From NCBI GenBank assembly GCA_963745035.1, contig CAVUVW010000014.1, forward strand, positions 32,001-96,000: DNA of 64,000 bases, in the 5' to 3' direction. Shown in pieces: positions 10,524 through 19,489 of this stretch. The stretch is from an uncultured delta proteobacterium (GTDB lineage Bacteria; Desulfobacterota; Binatia; UBA9968). The notes beneath the pieces are model-generated. The model saw nothing but the letters and a program-made list of their open reading frames with translations, ran no database searches and was not told the origin of the DNA. The position numbers and the translations under genes were made by a program. Numbering within the stretch: position 1 is the stretch's first letter; each line of letters begins with the position of its first letter.

Positions 10524-10669
10524 GATAGCCCTCGTTGGTGACGCGATTACGTTGTCTTCAATGAACGCGGTTTGATTCGCCTAAAAGCTATTCCCACACT
10601 GCCTAGAGTCCGTGGTTCCCGAATGATTCTATCGCGAATCCGAGACCGGAGTCGGCGACTCTCGGCGTC

Positions 10670-12380
10670 TCAATGCTCGAGATGAAACTGAACACGAGAG
10701 CGACCATCGATTCGGTCGGACTTGATCCGGTCAACGTAGTTCCTTATCAGAAAACCCGCCAGCTTCACGACCGCTCGCTCATCCCCCAACAGGTCCGTTT
10801 CCGTAGGCCGCGCGCTCGGAAATTCCATCGGCTCCCCCTCGTAGCGCATGTCGATATCGAGACTGAACTCATCAAAACTCACGTCAGCGTCGATCCTGCC
10901 GATGTTCGGCTCGAGCAGGCTTACGGCTTCGATGAATTCGTTCATCGCAGACTTGGCGCGGTCGATCACTTCCCTGCGCGCACCCCACCCTCCGCCCTGC
11001 TTTTCCATAAACACGAATATCTGATCTGAAGAATCCGCGCGCGGGTCGATTTGCAGCTTCGCATGTTGCGCGATGCCGATGCGAAACAAGAGGTTCAAGA
11101 ACATTGCCGACAACGTGGCCACCGAAAGCGAGGAAGTAAAGGCGGGCAGAAAAATGGCTAGGGACACTTTGGTAGGCGCCGGGCATCAGGTCCACGCTTA
11201 ACCCCAAGGCGACTGACGCGCCGACCACGAGTGTCTTGCGGGCATCCATCATGCGCGAGCTAAGAATCTGAACTCCGGCAACGATCATGAAGCTAGCCGC
11301 GAAAAACAGAAGAGCTCCGATCACCGGACTCGGCATGATGGCAAACAATACCGTCAGCTTAGGCACAAAGGCCAAAACTATCAGAATTGCGCCGCAAGCA
11401 AACCCAATCCGGCGGCTTGTCGCACCGGTCGCAATGGAGAGACCGACGTTGGCGCTGGAGGTCGACTGTCCCATGGTTCCTACTCCTCCGGACAACATCA
11501 CACCGCAAGCATCCGCAAGGATGCCGCCACTGATAGACTTCATATCCGGCCTCTTCCACTCAGCATCGTTTACTTTTTGACATGTCGTCAAGTCACCCAC
11601 GGCCTTAAGCGATGAGGCCAACGCCGTCACCATAAAGGGGACCAGCAATGCGCCGCTAAAGGACCAGCCTTCTCCTGGAAAAGACGGCAGAGCGAGAAGA
11701 GAGGCCTGCTCTAAACGCCGTAAGTGTTCATCGGTCACTAGACCACTGGCATAAGCGCAGAGCGAGCCAGCACCGATTCCGATCAAAACGCCATACAACC
11801 GCAGCCTCGATGAGCCCCACACGGTCACGCCAACCATGACGAAGAAAGTGATGGAAGCTATACTCACCGAGAGCGGATCAATAACCATGCGCGACTTTTC
11901 GATTCCTAAAAACCTCGAGACCGCTACAGGAATGAGCGCGAGACCGACCATCATCACGATCGTGCCGGTAACCTCGGCAGGAAAAAAGGGCCGGAGACGG
12001 CCCATGAGACGAGAGAGCACCACGCCGAAGAGACCGCTCACCAGAGTCATTCCCGCCAACAGCGGAAGGCCGCCAGTCTTGACCGCCAGAATAGAGACCG
12101 GGATATATGCGGGGCCCACCTGCTCGGGACAGAGATAACCGGATCCTATACGTTCATACCGGAGCGTTTGCAGAATCGTCGCAATCCCCATGACGATCAT
12201 CGATGCGTGGATCATCCGTTCCGCCTGCGCGGCAAGCATTCCGGTCTCCTGCAGAAGGATCACAGGATAAACGAAGGCACTGGACAGGGCGAGAATATGC
12301 TGTAGACCGAGCAAAACTGTGGTTGCTAGTGACGGACTTTCATCGACGCCATAAATCAAATTGGCCGGCTTCTTGGCCAT
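10670..12380 (-). CDS. NCS2 (xanthine/uracil) permease with C-terminal RsbW-like domain, copy 1, frameshift near 11160
   Basis: LGLQHIL, FFPAEVTGTIV, SANVGL...TGATSR; the C-terminus continues in ORF 10670..11167 and matches copy 2. Confidence 0.85.
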
Positions 12381-12501
12381 GGCAGATTGTTAGTTTATGG
12401 AGCGAGCACTCCATACTGGCTGGCAGTTTTCTCCTAAACGACTTCGAATCGCCGCTGAGATTTTGGTCGCAAGTCGGTTGGAGTCAGCAGACCTCGGCGT
12501 C

Positions 12502-14211
12502 TCAATGCTCGAGATGAAACTGAACACGAGAGCGACCGTTGATTCGGTCGGACTTGACCCGGTCAACGTAATTCCTTATCAGAAAACCCGCCAGCTTCGC
12601 GACCGCCCGCTCATCCCCCAACAGGTCCGTTTCCGTAGGCCGCGCGCTCGGAAATTCCATCGGCTCCCCCTCGTAGCGCATGTCGATATCGAGACTGAAC
12701 TCATCAAAACTCACGTCAGCGTCGATCCTGCCGATGTTCGGCTCTAGCAAGCTTACGGCTTCGATGAATTCGTTCATCGCAGACTTGGCGCGGTCGATCA
12801 CTTCCCTGCGCGCACCCCACCCTCCGCCCTGTTTTTCCATAAACACGAATATCTGATCTGAAGAATCCGCGCGCGGGTCGATTTGCAGCTTCGCATGCTG
12901 CGCGATGCCGATGCGAAACAAGAGGTTCAAGAGCAGCGCAGACAACGTCGCCACCGAAAGCGAGGAGGTAAAGGCAGGCAGAAGCACGGCGGGAACGCTC
13001 CGGTAGGCGCCGGGCATCAGGTCCACGCTTAACCCCAAAGCGACTGACGCGCCGACCACGAAGGTCTTGCGCGCATCCATCATGCGCGAGGCAAGAATCT
13101 GAACTCCGGCAACGATGATGAAGCACACCGTGAAAAACACCAGGGCTCCGATCACCGGGCCCGGCATGATCGCAAACAACACCGCCAGCTTGGGTACGAA
13201 AGCCAAAGCAATGAGCATTCCCCCGCATGCGAGGCCGATCCGGCGGCTGGTCGCACCGGTCGCAATGCACAGACCGACATTGGCGCTGGAGATCGTCAGT
13301 CCCATAGTTCCTGCTCCGCCGGACAACATCACACCGCACGATTCGGCAAGGATGCCGCCGCGAATAGACTGCATGTCCGGGCGTTTCCACTCGGTATCGT
13401 TGATCTTCTGGCAGGTGGTCAGGTCGCCCACTGCCTTGAGCACCGAGGCCAACACCGTCACCAGGAAGGGGAAGATCAGCGCGCTGCTAAAGGACCATCC
13501 CTCATGGAAGAAAGACGGCAGAGAGATGAGCGGGGCCTGCTCCAAACGGCGGAGGTGTTCATGAGTCAGCATGCCGCTGCCGTAAGCGCAGAGATAACCG
13601 GTTACTACACCGATCAAAACGCCGTGCAGCCGCCACTTCGACGAGCCCCACACGGTCACGCCCGCCATGACGAAGAAAGTGATGGAAGCGATGCTCACCG
13701 AGAGCGGATCGATGACCGCGCGTGGCTCTTCGATTCCTAAAAATCTCGAGACCGCCACGGGAATAAGGGCGAGACCGACCATCATCACGATCGTGCCCGT
13801 GACCTCGGCGGGAAAAAAGGGACGGAGACGATTCATGAAGCGAGAGAGCACTACCCCGAGGAGACCGCTCGCCAGAGTCATTCCCGCCAGCAGCGGCAGG
13901 CCGCCCGTCTTGACCGCCAGAATCGACGCCGGGATATAGGCAGGGCTCAGGCGCTCCGGACAGAGATAGCCGGATCCTATACCGCCATACCGCAGCGTCT
14001 GCAGAATCGTCGCGATCCCCATGACGATCATCGACGTATAGATCATCCGCTCCGCCTGCTCGGGGAGTATGCCGGTCTCCTGCAGAAGGATCACCGGAAA
14101 AACGAAGGCACTGGACAAGGCGAGAATATGCTGCAGGCCGAGCAGAAGCGTGGTTCCTAGTGCCGGACTTTCATCCAGGCCGTAAATCAAATCGGCCGGC
14201 TTTTTGGCCAC
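12502..14211 (-). CDS. NCS2 (xanthine/uracil) permease with C-terminal RsbW-like domain, copy 2
   Basis: Intact ORF; GTG start VAKKPADLIYG aligns with copy 1 MAKKPANLIYG; same NCS2 motifs plus ~135 aa soluble tail. Confidence 0.9.
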   Translation of the reverse strand: MAKKPADLIYGLDESPALGTTLLLGLQHILALSSAFVFPVILLQETGILPEQAERMIYTSMIVMGIATILQTLRYGGIGSGYLCPERLSPAYIPASILAVKTGGLPLLAGMTLASGLLGVVLSRFMNRLRPFFPAEVTGTIVMMVGLALIPVAVSRFLGIEEPRAVIDPLSVSIASITFFVMAGVTVWGSSKWRLHGVLIGVVTGYLCAYGSGMLTHEHLRRLEQAPLISLPSFFHEGWSFSSALIFPFLVTVLASVLKAVGDLTTCQKINDTEWKRPDMQSIRGGILAESCGVMLSGGAGTMGLTISSANVGLCIATGATSRRIGLACGGMLIALAFVPKLAVLFAIMPGPVIGALVFFTVCFIIVAGVQILASRMMDARKTFVVGASVALGLSVDLMPGAYRSVPAVLLPAFTSSLSVATLSALLLNLLFRIGIAQHAKLQIDPRADSSDQIFVFMEKQGGGWGARREVIDRAKSAMNEFIEAVSLLEPNIGRIDADVSFDEFSLDIDMRYEGEPMEFPSARPTETDLLGDERAVAKLAGFLIRNYVDRVKSDRINGRSRVQFHLEH

Positions 14212-14404
14212 GATTCGAAGCTCTTGGTTGCGCAGAAGTTGTTGTGTCACCCGATAAGATACTAACTGGTAAGGAAATTCAACTCATTTTCTCGTAGGCG
14301 TACGGCGTGATCAGATGAAATGCATTCTTGGCGCGCCGATGCCCTATTGTCCGCAACCGACTATGCGTGAGCCAGCGTAGAGGATCGGTGGGCACATGGA
14401 ACTT

Positions 14405-14470
14405 TTGAAGACCGCGCAGCGGCGGCTTGAACGCAGCCTCAACGGTTGAACGGCTGGAACTGTTGGAAAT
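14405..14470 (-). repeat. Intergenic GTTC(A/C)ARCC-type short repeat
   Basis: Minus strand gttccagccgttcaaccgtt...cgttcaag; related to cgttcaaccgttcaaacc at 24775-24792 and gttccaatcgtt at 31771. Confidence 0.45.
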
Positions 14471-14651
14471 CTTTTAGCGATCAAAAACGACCGTGCACAA
14501 GCAAACCGAATGGCGAATGTGACACAATCGTGCCAGACGACGGCTAATGTAAATAAACGCAGACTGACCAAGCAGAACAGCGGTCAAATCTGGAGTCATG
14601 CACCATGGCCTGGTAACCGTTGAAACGCCTTTCGCCTGATTGTTGTTATGC

Positions 14652-16346
14652 CTAAAGTTTTTTTTTCATGATCAGCAGATTTCCATCTTCCAGCCTTTGA
14701 TACTCGATCCCGTCCATCAACTTTCGCATGAGATGGATTCCCAATCCGCCTGCCGTCTTTTCATCGAGGGGCGTGGTGACGTCCGCTTCGGGCGCCGTGA
14801 GCGGGTTGAAAGCCCGTGCGTCATCTTTCAATTCCGCGATAACTTCTCCCGATTCAACCCTAATACGGACTAGGATCTCGTGCTCGCGATGATCGGAATA
14901 ACCATGAGAGATAATGTTGTTGACCGCTTCTTCCAAGGCGAGGTTAAGATCGTATAGGACACTCGGCGTAAGCTGGTGGCCCGCGGCAAATTCGCCTAGC
15001 CGCTCGCCTAATCTCGTGATTTCCGCGACTCTGTTTTTAAGAGTGAACTGCAGCTCTCCGTTGTTGCTTCCGGCTGGCCCCAAGTAGCGTATTGCCAGAG
15101 CCGTGATGTCGTCTGATTGCTCTGCGCCCGCGGCGAAAAGTGTTACCTGGCTGGTCAGGTGGTCAATCTGTTCCCGGGCGGAGGCGAACTTGGTTTGAGT
15201 CAAAATCGATTCCAGCCGCCGCTCCGAGAAGAACTGCCCCGCCGGATCCAAGGCCTCCGTGACTCCATCCGTGTAAAGGAAAATCGTTTCGCCGGAACCA
15301 AGTACCAAACGACCCCAACCGTAGCTACTGTCCTCGACCAGGCCGAGCACTCTTCCGCCCGTTTGCGGCACCTGTTGAACACCACCGCGAGAGATATGGT
15401 AAGGAGGATTGTGTCCACCGCTGCTATACTTGATCTCGCCGGTACGAGTATTGAGAATGCCGCAAAACAGGGTGGTAAACATTTGCGAGTCGTTATCGCG
15501 GCAGATCTGCCGGTTTACAGTCGACAGAATGTCGGACGGATTCTGAACTCGGGCAGCGATAGCTTTGAAAAGCGTCTTGATCACGGCCATAAATAGCGCC
15601 GCGGCCACCCCTTTGCCCGAGACATCGCCGATTGCAAAGCACAGGCGATCTTCGTCCAGAAAGAAAAAATCATAGAAGTCTCCGCCAACTTTTTTTGCCG
15701 GCGCAATGGCGGCGAAAATGTCCAACTCGCGGCGCTCCGGGAATGGCGGAAAGGTCTTAGGCAACATGCTCATCTGTATGTCGTGCGCGAGCTTTAGCCC
15801 CTCCTCCAGACGCTCCTTCTCGATATAGGCTTCGATCAGACGCCCGCGCTCCAGCGCCACGGTGATGTGATCGCTCAGCCCGGCCAACAGGGATTCGTCG
15901 ATTTCGTCAAACGTTTGGCGGTTTTTTTTATTCAGTACCTGAATCACGCCGACCAGGCTGTCGCCGTTGCCGATCAACGGCAAGCAGAGAATGGAGCGGG
16001 TGCGGTAACCGGTCTGTTTGTCGAAGGTCGGATCAAACCGCGGGTCCGCATGGGCGTCGGAAATGTTGATCAGCGCGCGTGTTTTGGCGACGGTTCCGGC
16101 GATGCCAACCCCAACCGGAATGCGAATTTCATTGATCTCGAGCTTCTGCGTGGTTTTGCTCCATAGCTCGTTGCGGGGTTGGTCGTAGAGAAAGAGCGTG
16201 GCGCGCTCCGCGTCCATGACCTCCGCGGCCTTGGCCACGATGACTTGTAAGAGGTTGTCGAGCTTAATTTCGCTGGCGAGGGCTTTGGCCACCCCCAATA
16301 ACGCTTTCAGGTTTCGCGCTTGGCGTTCGCTATCGACGGCCGTCAT
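14652..16346 (-). CDS. GAF-SpoIIE (PP2C phosphatase)-RsbW-like kinase fusion
   Basis: GAF (RTRSILCLPL...GVIQVLNK); PP2C motifs VGGDFYD, GDVSGKG, YTDGVTEA, DDIT; HATPase_c_2 motifs LEEAVNNIISHG, GGLGIHLM. Confidence 0.92.
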   Translation of the reverse strand: MTAVDSERQARNLKALLGVAKALASEIKLDNLLQVIVAKAAEVMDAERATLFLYDQPRNELWSKTTQKLEINEIRIPVGVGIAGTVAKTRALINISDAHADPRFDPTFDKQTGYRTRSILCLPLIGNGDSLVGVIQVLNKKNRQTFDEIDESLLAGLSDHITVALERGRLIEAYIEKERLEEGLKLAHDIQMSMLPKTFPPFPERRELDIFAAIAPAKKVGGDFYDFFFLDEDRLCFAIGDVSGKGVAAALFMAVIKTLFKAIAARVQNPSDILSTVNRQICRDNDSQMFTTLFCGILNTRTGEIKYSSGGHNPPYHISRGGVQQVPQTGGRVLGLVEDSSYGWGRLVLGSGETIFLYTDGVTEALDPAGQFFSERRLESILTQTKFASAREQIDHLTSQVTLFAAGAEQSDDITALAIRYLGPAGSNNGELQFTLKNRVAEITRLGERLGEFAAGHQLTPSVLYDLNLALEEAVNNIISHGYSDHREHEILVRIRVESGEVIAELKDDARAFNPLTAPEADVTTPLDEKTAGGLGIHLMRKLMDGIEYQRLEDGNLLIMKKKL

Positions 16347-16468
16347 TGAACTTGGAAAAAATACCGTAGATCAGTTTGCAGGTTTTTTCGATGGCGTTGC
16401 AACAAGGGGCCTTTGAACACAGCGCGGAAGGACAAGTATGTTCCTCTTGAAAACCGCGCCGGCCGATT

Positions 16469-17281
16469 TCAGATGTAAGCGTGCCTCAGCATCTCCGCCG
16501 CGGTTTCATCCAGTTGATCGGCACGCCGGACTTCTTCAAAACGCGCCAGCAAATCATTCACTCGCAGCCGGCGCTTATCCGCACCGCGAAAATCATGAAT
16601 GATCCGTCCCCGGTGCATCATGATCAGCCGATCGCCGAGATTAGCTCCCTGATGCATGGAATGCGTGACCATCAGCGTGGTTAGCTTTTCCCGGCAGACG
16701 ATTTCGTCGGTCATTTGAATGACTTGATCAGCGCTCTTAGGATCCAATGCGGCCGTGTGTTCGTCGAGAAGAAGCAATTTCGGCTTCAGCCAAGTGGCCA
16801 TGAGCAGCGTAAGCGCCTGCCGTTGCCCGCCCGAGAGGCTGCCTATAATGTTCCCGACTCTGTCTTCAAGGCCGAGATTCAACTGCTTCACGCGCTCGCG
16901 CAAGTCTTTCTTCAGCTCTGCCGATAGCGCCCATCCGAGCCCCCGGGAAAGGCCCCGGCGCGTCGCCATCGCAAAGTTCTCGGCGATGGACATGGAGGCG
17001 GCGGTGCCGCTGAAAGGGTTTTGGAAAACACGACCGATCATTTTTGCCCTGCGGTGCTCGGCCCATTGCGTCACGTCGTGATCAGCCAAGCGGATGGCGC
17101 CGCCATCCACCGGGAAACTGCCCGCAACTGCGTTGAGCAAGGTCGATTTGCCGGATCCGTTTGTGCCGATCACGATCACCCAGGAACCTTCATCGATGTT
17201 GAGATCGACACCGCAAAGCGCTGTCACTTCATTCGACGTTCCGGGATTGAACGTCTTGCAAACATTTTTGAGCTCAAGCAT
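16469..17281 (-). CDS. ABC transporter ATP-binding protein (ABC_sub_bind-type importer)
   Basis: GTNGSGKST, LSGGQRQAL, LLLDEHTAALDP, MVTH. Confidence 0.95.
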   Translation of the reverse strand: MLELKNVCKTFNPGTSNEVTALCGVDLNIDEGSWVIVIGTNGSGKSTLLNAVAGSFPVDGGAIRLADHDVTQWAEHRRAKMIGRVFQNPFSGTAASMSIAENFAMATRRGLSRGLGWALSAELKKDLRERVKQLNLGLEDRVGNIIGSLSGGQRQALTLLMATWLKPKLLLLDEHTAALDPKSADQVIQMTDEIVCREKLTTLMVTHSMHQGANLGDRLIMMHRGRIIHDFRGADKRRLRVNDLLARFEEVRRADQLDETAAEMLRHAYI

Positions 17282-18245
17282 TGAGCACCGATTCCGGCTG
17301 CGCTCCGGCTACCGGCTTGAGGGCGCCCGGCCTTTTTTCGAACTTGCTCAAAATCCGCGGCAGGATCAGCGCCACGAAAACAAATGCGGCGGTAATCAGT
17401 TTGAGATCGTTGGGATCGAGCCCCCAACGCAACGCGATGGCGACCAGCAGGCGGAAGAGAACCGATCCCATGACAGCGCCCGTGAAGGCCAGTCCCAAAC
17501 TTCCCGGGCCAACCAACGCTTCGCCTATGATGACGCTTGCGAGTCCCCAGACCACCATGCCGATACCCATCTGGACATCGGCAAATCCCTGGTATTGCGC
17601 CAGCATCGCCCCCGACAGCGCGATCAATCCGTTGGAGATCGCCAGGCCAAGCACGGTCATGCTTTCGACGTTCGCTCCGAGCGCGCGGATCATCTGAGCA
17701 TTGTCGCCGGTCGCTCTCATGGCGGTGCCAAGATTGGTCCGAAAAAAAAGATAGAGCGCCAGCCCGATGAGCGCGACAATGGCAAAGGCCATTAACAACA
17801 TCGAAATGTCGCGCATGCTGACCGGCCATCCGCCGAGGTTGATATCGCCGGTGGAGCCTGACAACAGGACTCCCGCCCGTTCGGCGTAAGTCCCCACGGT
17901 ACTTTCGGAAAGCAAGGGCACGTTGCTCTTGCCCATGACATGAAGATTGACGGAATAAAGCGCCGTCATCACGAGAATGCCGGCAAGCAGCGCCTGGATT
18001 TTGAAGTAAGTATTAAGGATGCCGGTGATCGTACCCGCAAGCACCCCTCCGGCAAAGGCGGCCGCAGTTGCCCAAAACGGATCGACGCCCTGCACCAACA
18101 AAACGGCGCAAAGCGCCGCGCCAAAAGTAATCGATCCGTCGGCCGTAATATCCGGGAAGTGAAAGATGCGAAAGGTAATAAAAACACCGAGCGCCAGCAG
18201 CGATAAAATCAAGCCGATCGTCAAGGCGCCGATCAGTAATGCCAT
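17274..18245 (-). CDS. ABC transporter permease (BPD_transp_2)
   Basis: FPDITADGS, LAGILVMTALYSVNL, RATGDN, QYQGFADVQMG, DLKLITA. Confidence 0.92.
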   Translation of the reverse strand: MALLIGALTIGLILSLLALGVFITFRIFHFPDITADGSITFGAALCAVLLVQGVDPFWATAAAFAGGVLAGTITGILNTYFKIQALLAGILVMTALYSVNLHVMGKSNVPLLSESTVGTYAERAGVLLSGSTGDINLGGWPVSMRDISMLLMAFAIVALIGLALYLFFRTNLGTAMRATGDNAQMIRALGANVESMTVLGLAISNGLIALSGAMLAQYQGFADVQMGIGMVVWGLASVIIGEALVGPGSLGLAFTGAVMGSVLFRLLVAIALRWGLDPNDLKLITAAFVFVALILPRILSKFEKRPGALKPVAGAQPESVLNA

Positions 18246-18248
18246 GGG

Positions 18249-19487
18249 TCACTTCTCCGCGGAAATTTCTGCAATCGAGCCGATCCAGCAGGCGCCGCGA
18301 AAGAATTCACTCTGGCCGGCGCCCGATTCACGTTCGTCGTTGAGCAAGTGCAAGACTCCCTCCAGGTTCTCGACTTCGAACAACCCTCTGGCGGCCTCCT
18401 TGAGATTCGTTTCGCCTTTTTTGAGCGGATGGTATGAAAACGAGGCGGCGTGAAAGTGACCGGCGAGGTCGCAGTCTTTCGCCAACGGTCGGACGATGGG
18501 ATTAAGGCGCGAGCTTTGCTTCGATGTCGCGACGCCGACCACGAGCGCCACGGATCTCGCGTAGGCGCGCTCGGCGGTGAATGAAAGCCATTGGCGAATC
18601 TGCGGGTGCTCGAAAGCGGGCTGCGGCGCGGCTTCGAGCGCGGGCGAACGGCGCAGGGCGGCGCCCATGAGACCCGCCGATTCGGCGATCATGGCGACGG
18701 CAATGGCATCGCTCCCGGCCATTTCCCGGCACGCTTCGACGATCTCGCGCAAGGTCAATTGCAAGGAATTGTCCCTGCTTTCAAAGTAAACGATTTTTGA
18801 AAAATCGCCGTCGCAAGTGAGGCCGTAAAGAACTTGCAACCGGGGCACGAAATCACCGGTGGACAGAACATAATCGGGGACGTTGCTGCCATCGGTCGGC
18901 AGATATGCCGCAACGCCGGCTGCTGCCAAGAACTCGCCAAAACGCGACTGGCAGTCCTCGAAATTTTTGCCGAATGCGCCCAAGCCGATTCCCAGTGCTT
19001 CCTGACCAAACGGCAACTCCTGACAATGCTCCTTGTGGAATTGACATCCCACCAGCAGCTCGGGAGAGCCAATGACGCGCGCGGTCATTTTACTGGGGCG
19101 GCTTTCGAGAATCTCAAAGCGCGCGTTGCCGCGCACAAAAGTCTCCGCTTGCGTAGGCGTGGCGACCTGAACGTCGCCGCTTGGCGCTTTCTCAAACAGC
19201 AGCTCGGCCACGCCGGCCAATTCCAACACGGACTGCACTGCTTCGGAGGGTTCCGATACGACAAATGTCCCGTGGATCTCTTTGAGTTGTTTATAGGTCT
19301 GGAACAATACCCGGATGCCTGCGGAGCTAACGTACTCCACCTCTTTCATATTGAGCCGGATAGAGCGAGCTCCCCCGCGCAACACGTCGGCCACTTCATC
19401 GCCCAAATGCCCGGCCCAATAAGCATCGAGCCTACCTTTCGCTCTTAACTCGAAAGTGTCGTCCAACCGCTGTCGGGTAATTTCCAT
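18249..19487 (-). CDS. STAS (anti-anti-sigma) domain fused to a ~290 aa uncharacterised domain
   Basis: N-terminal GRLDA...EYVSSAGIRVL...VQSVLELAG is a SpoIIAA/RsbV-type STAS domain retaining the phospho-acceptor Ser. Confidence 0.85.
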   Translation of the reverse strand: MEITRQRLDDTFELRAKGRLDAYWAGHLGDEVADVLRGGARSIRLNMKEVEYVSSAGIRVLFQTYKQLKEIHGTFVVSEPSEAVQSVLELAGVAELLFEKAPSGDVQVATPTQAETFVRGNARFEILESRPSKMTARVIGSPELLVGCQFHKEHCQELPFGQEALGIGLGAFGKNFEDCQSRFGEFLAAAGVAAYLPTDGSNVPDYVLSTGDFVPRLQVLYGLTCDGDFSKIVYFESRDNSLQLTLREIVEACREMAGSDAIAVAMIAESAGLMGAALRRSPALEAAPQPAFEHPQIRQWLSFTAERAYARSVALVVGVATSKQSSRLNPIVRPLAKDCDLAGHFHAASFSYHPLKKGETNLKEAARGLFEVENLEGVLHLLNDERESGAGQSEFFRGACWIGSIAEISAEK

Positions 19488-19489
19488 CG

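Noticed and set aside
14520-14536. sigma54 promoter upstream of the NCS2 genes (TGGCACGATTGTGTCA)
   Set aside because: Perfect -24 element but no GC at -12
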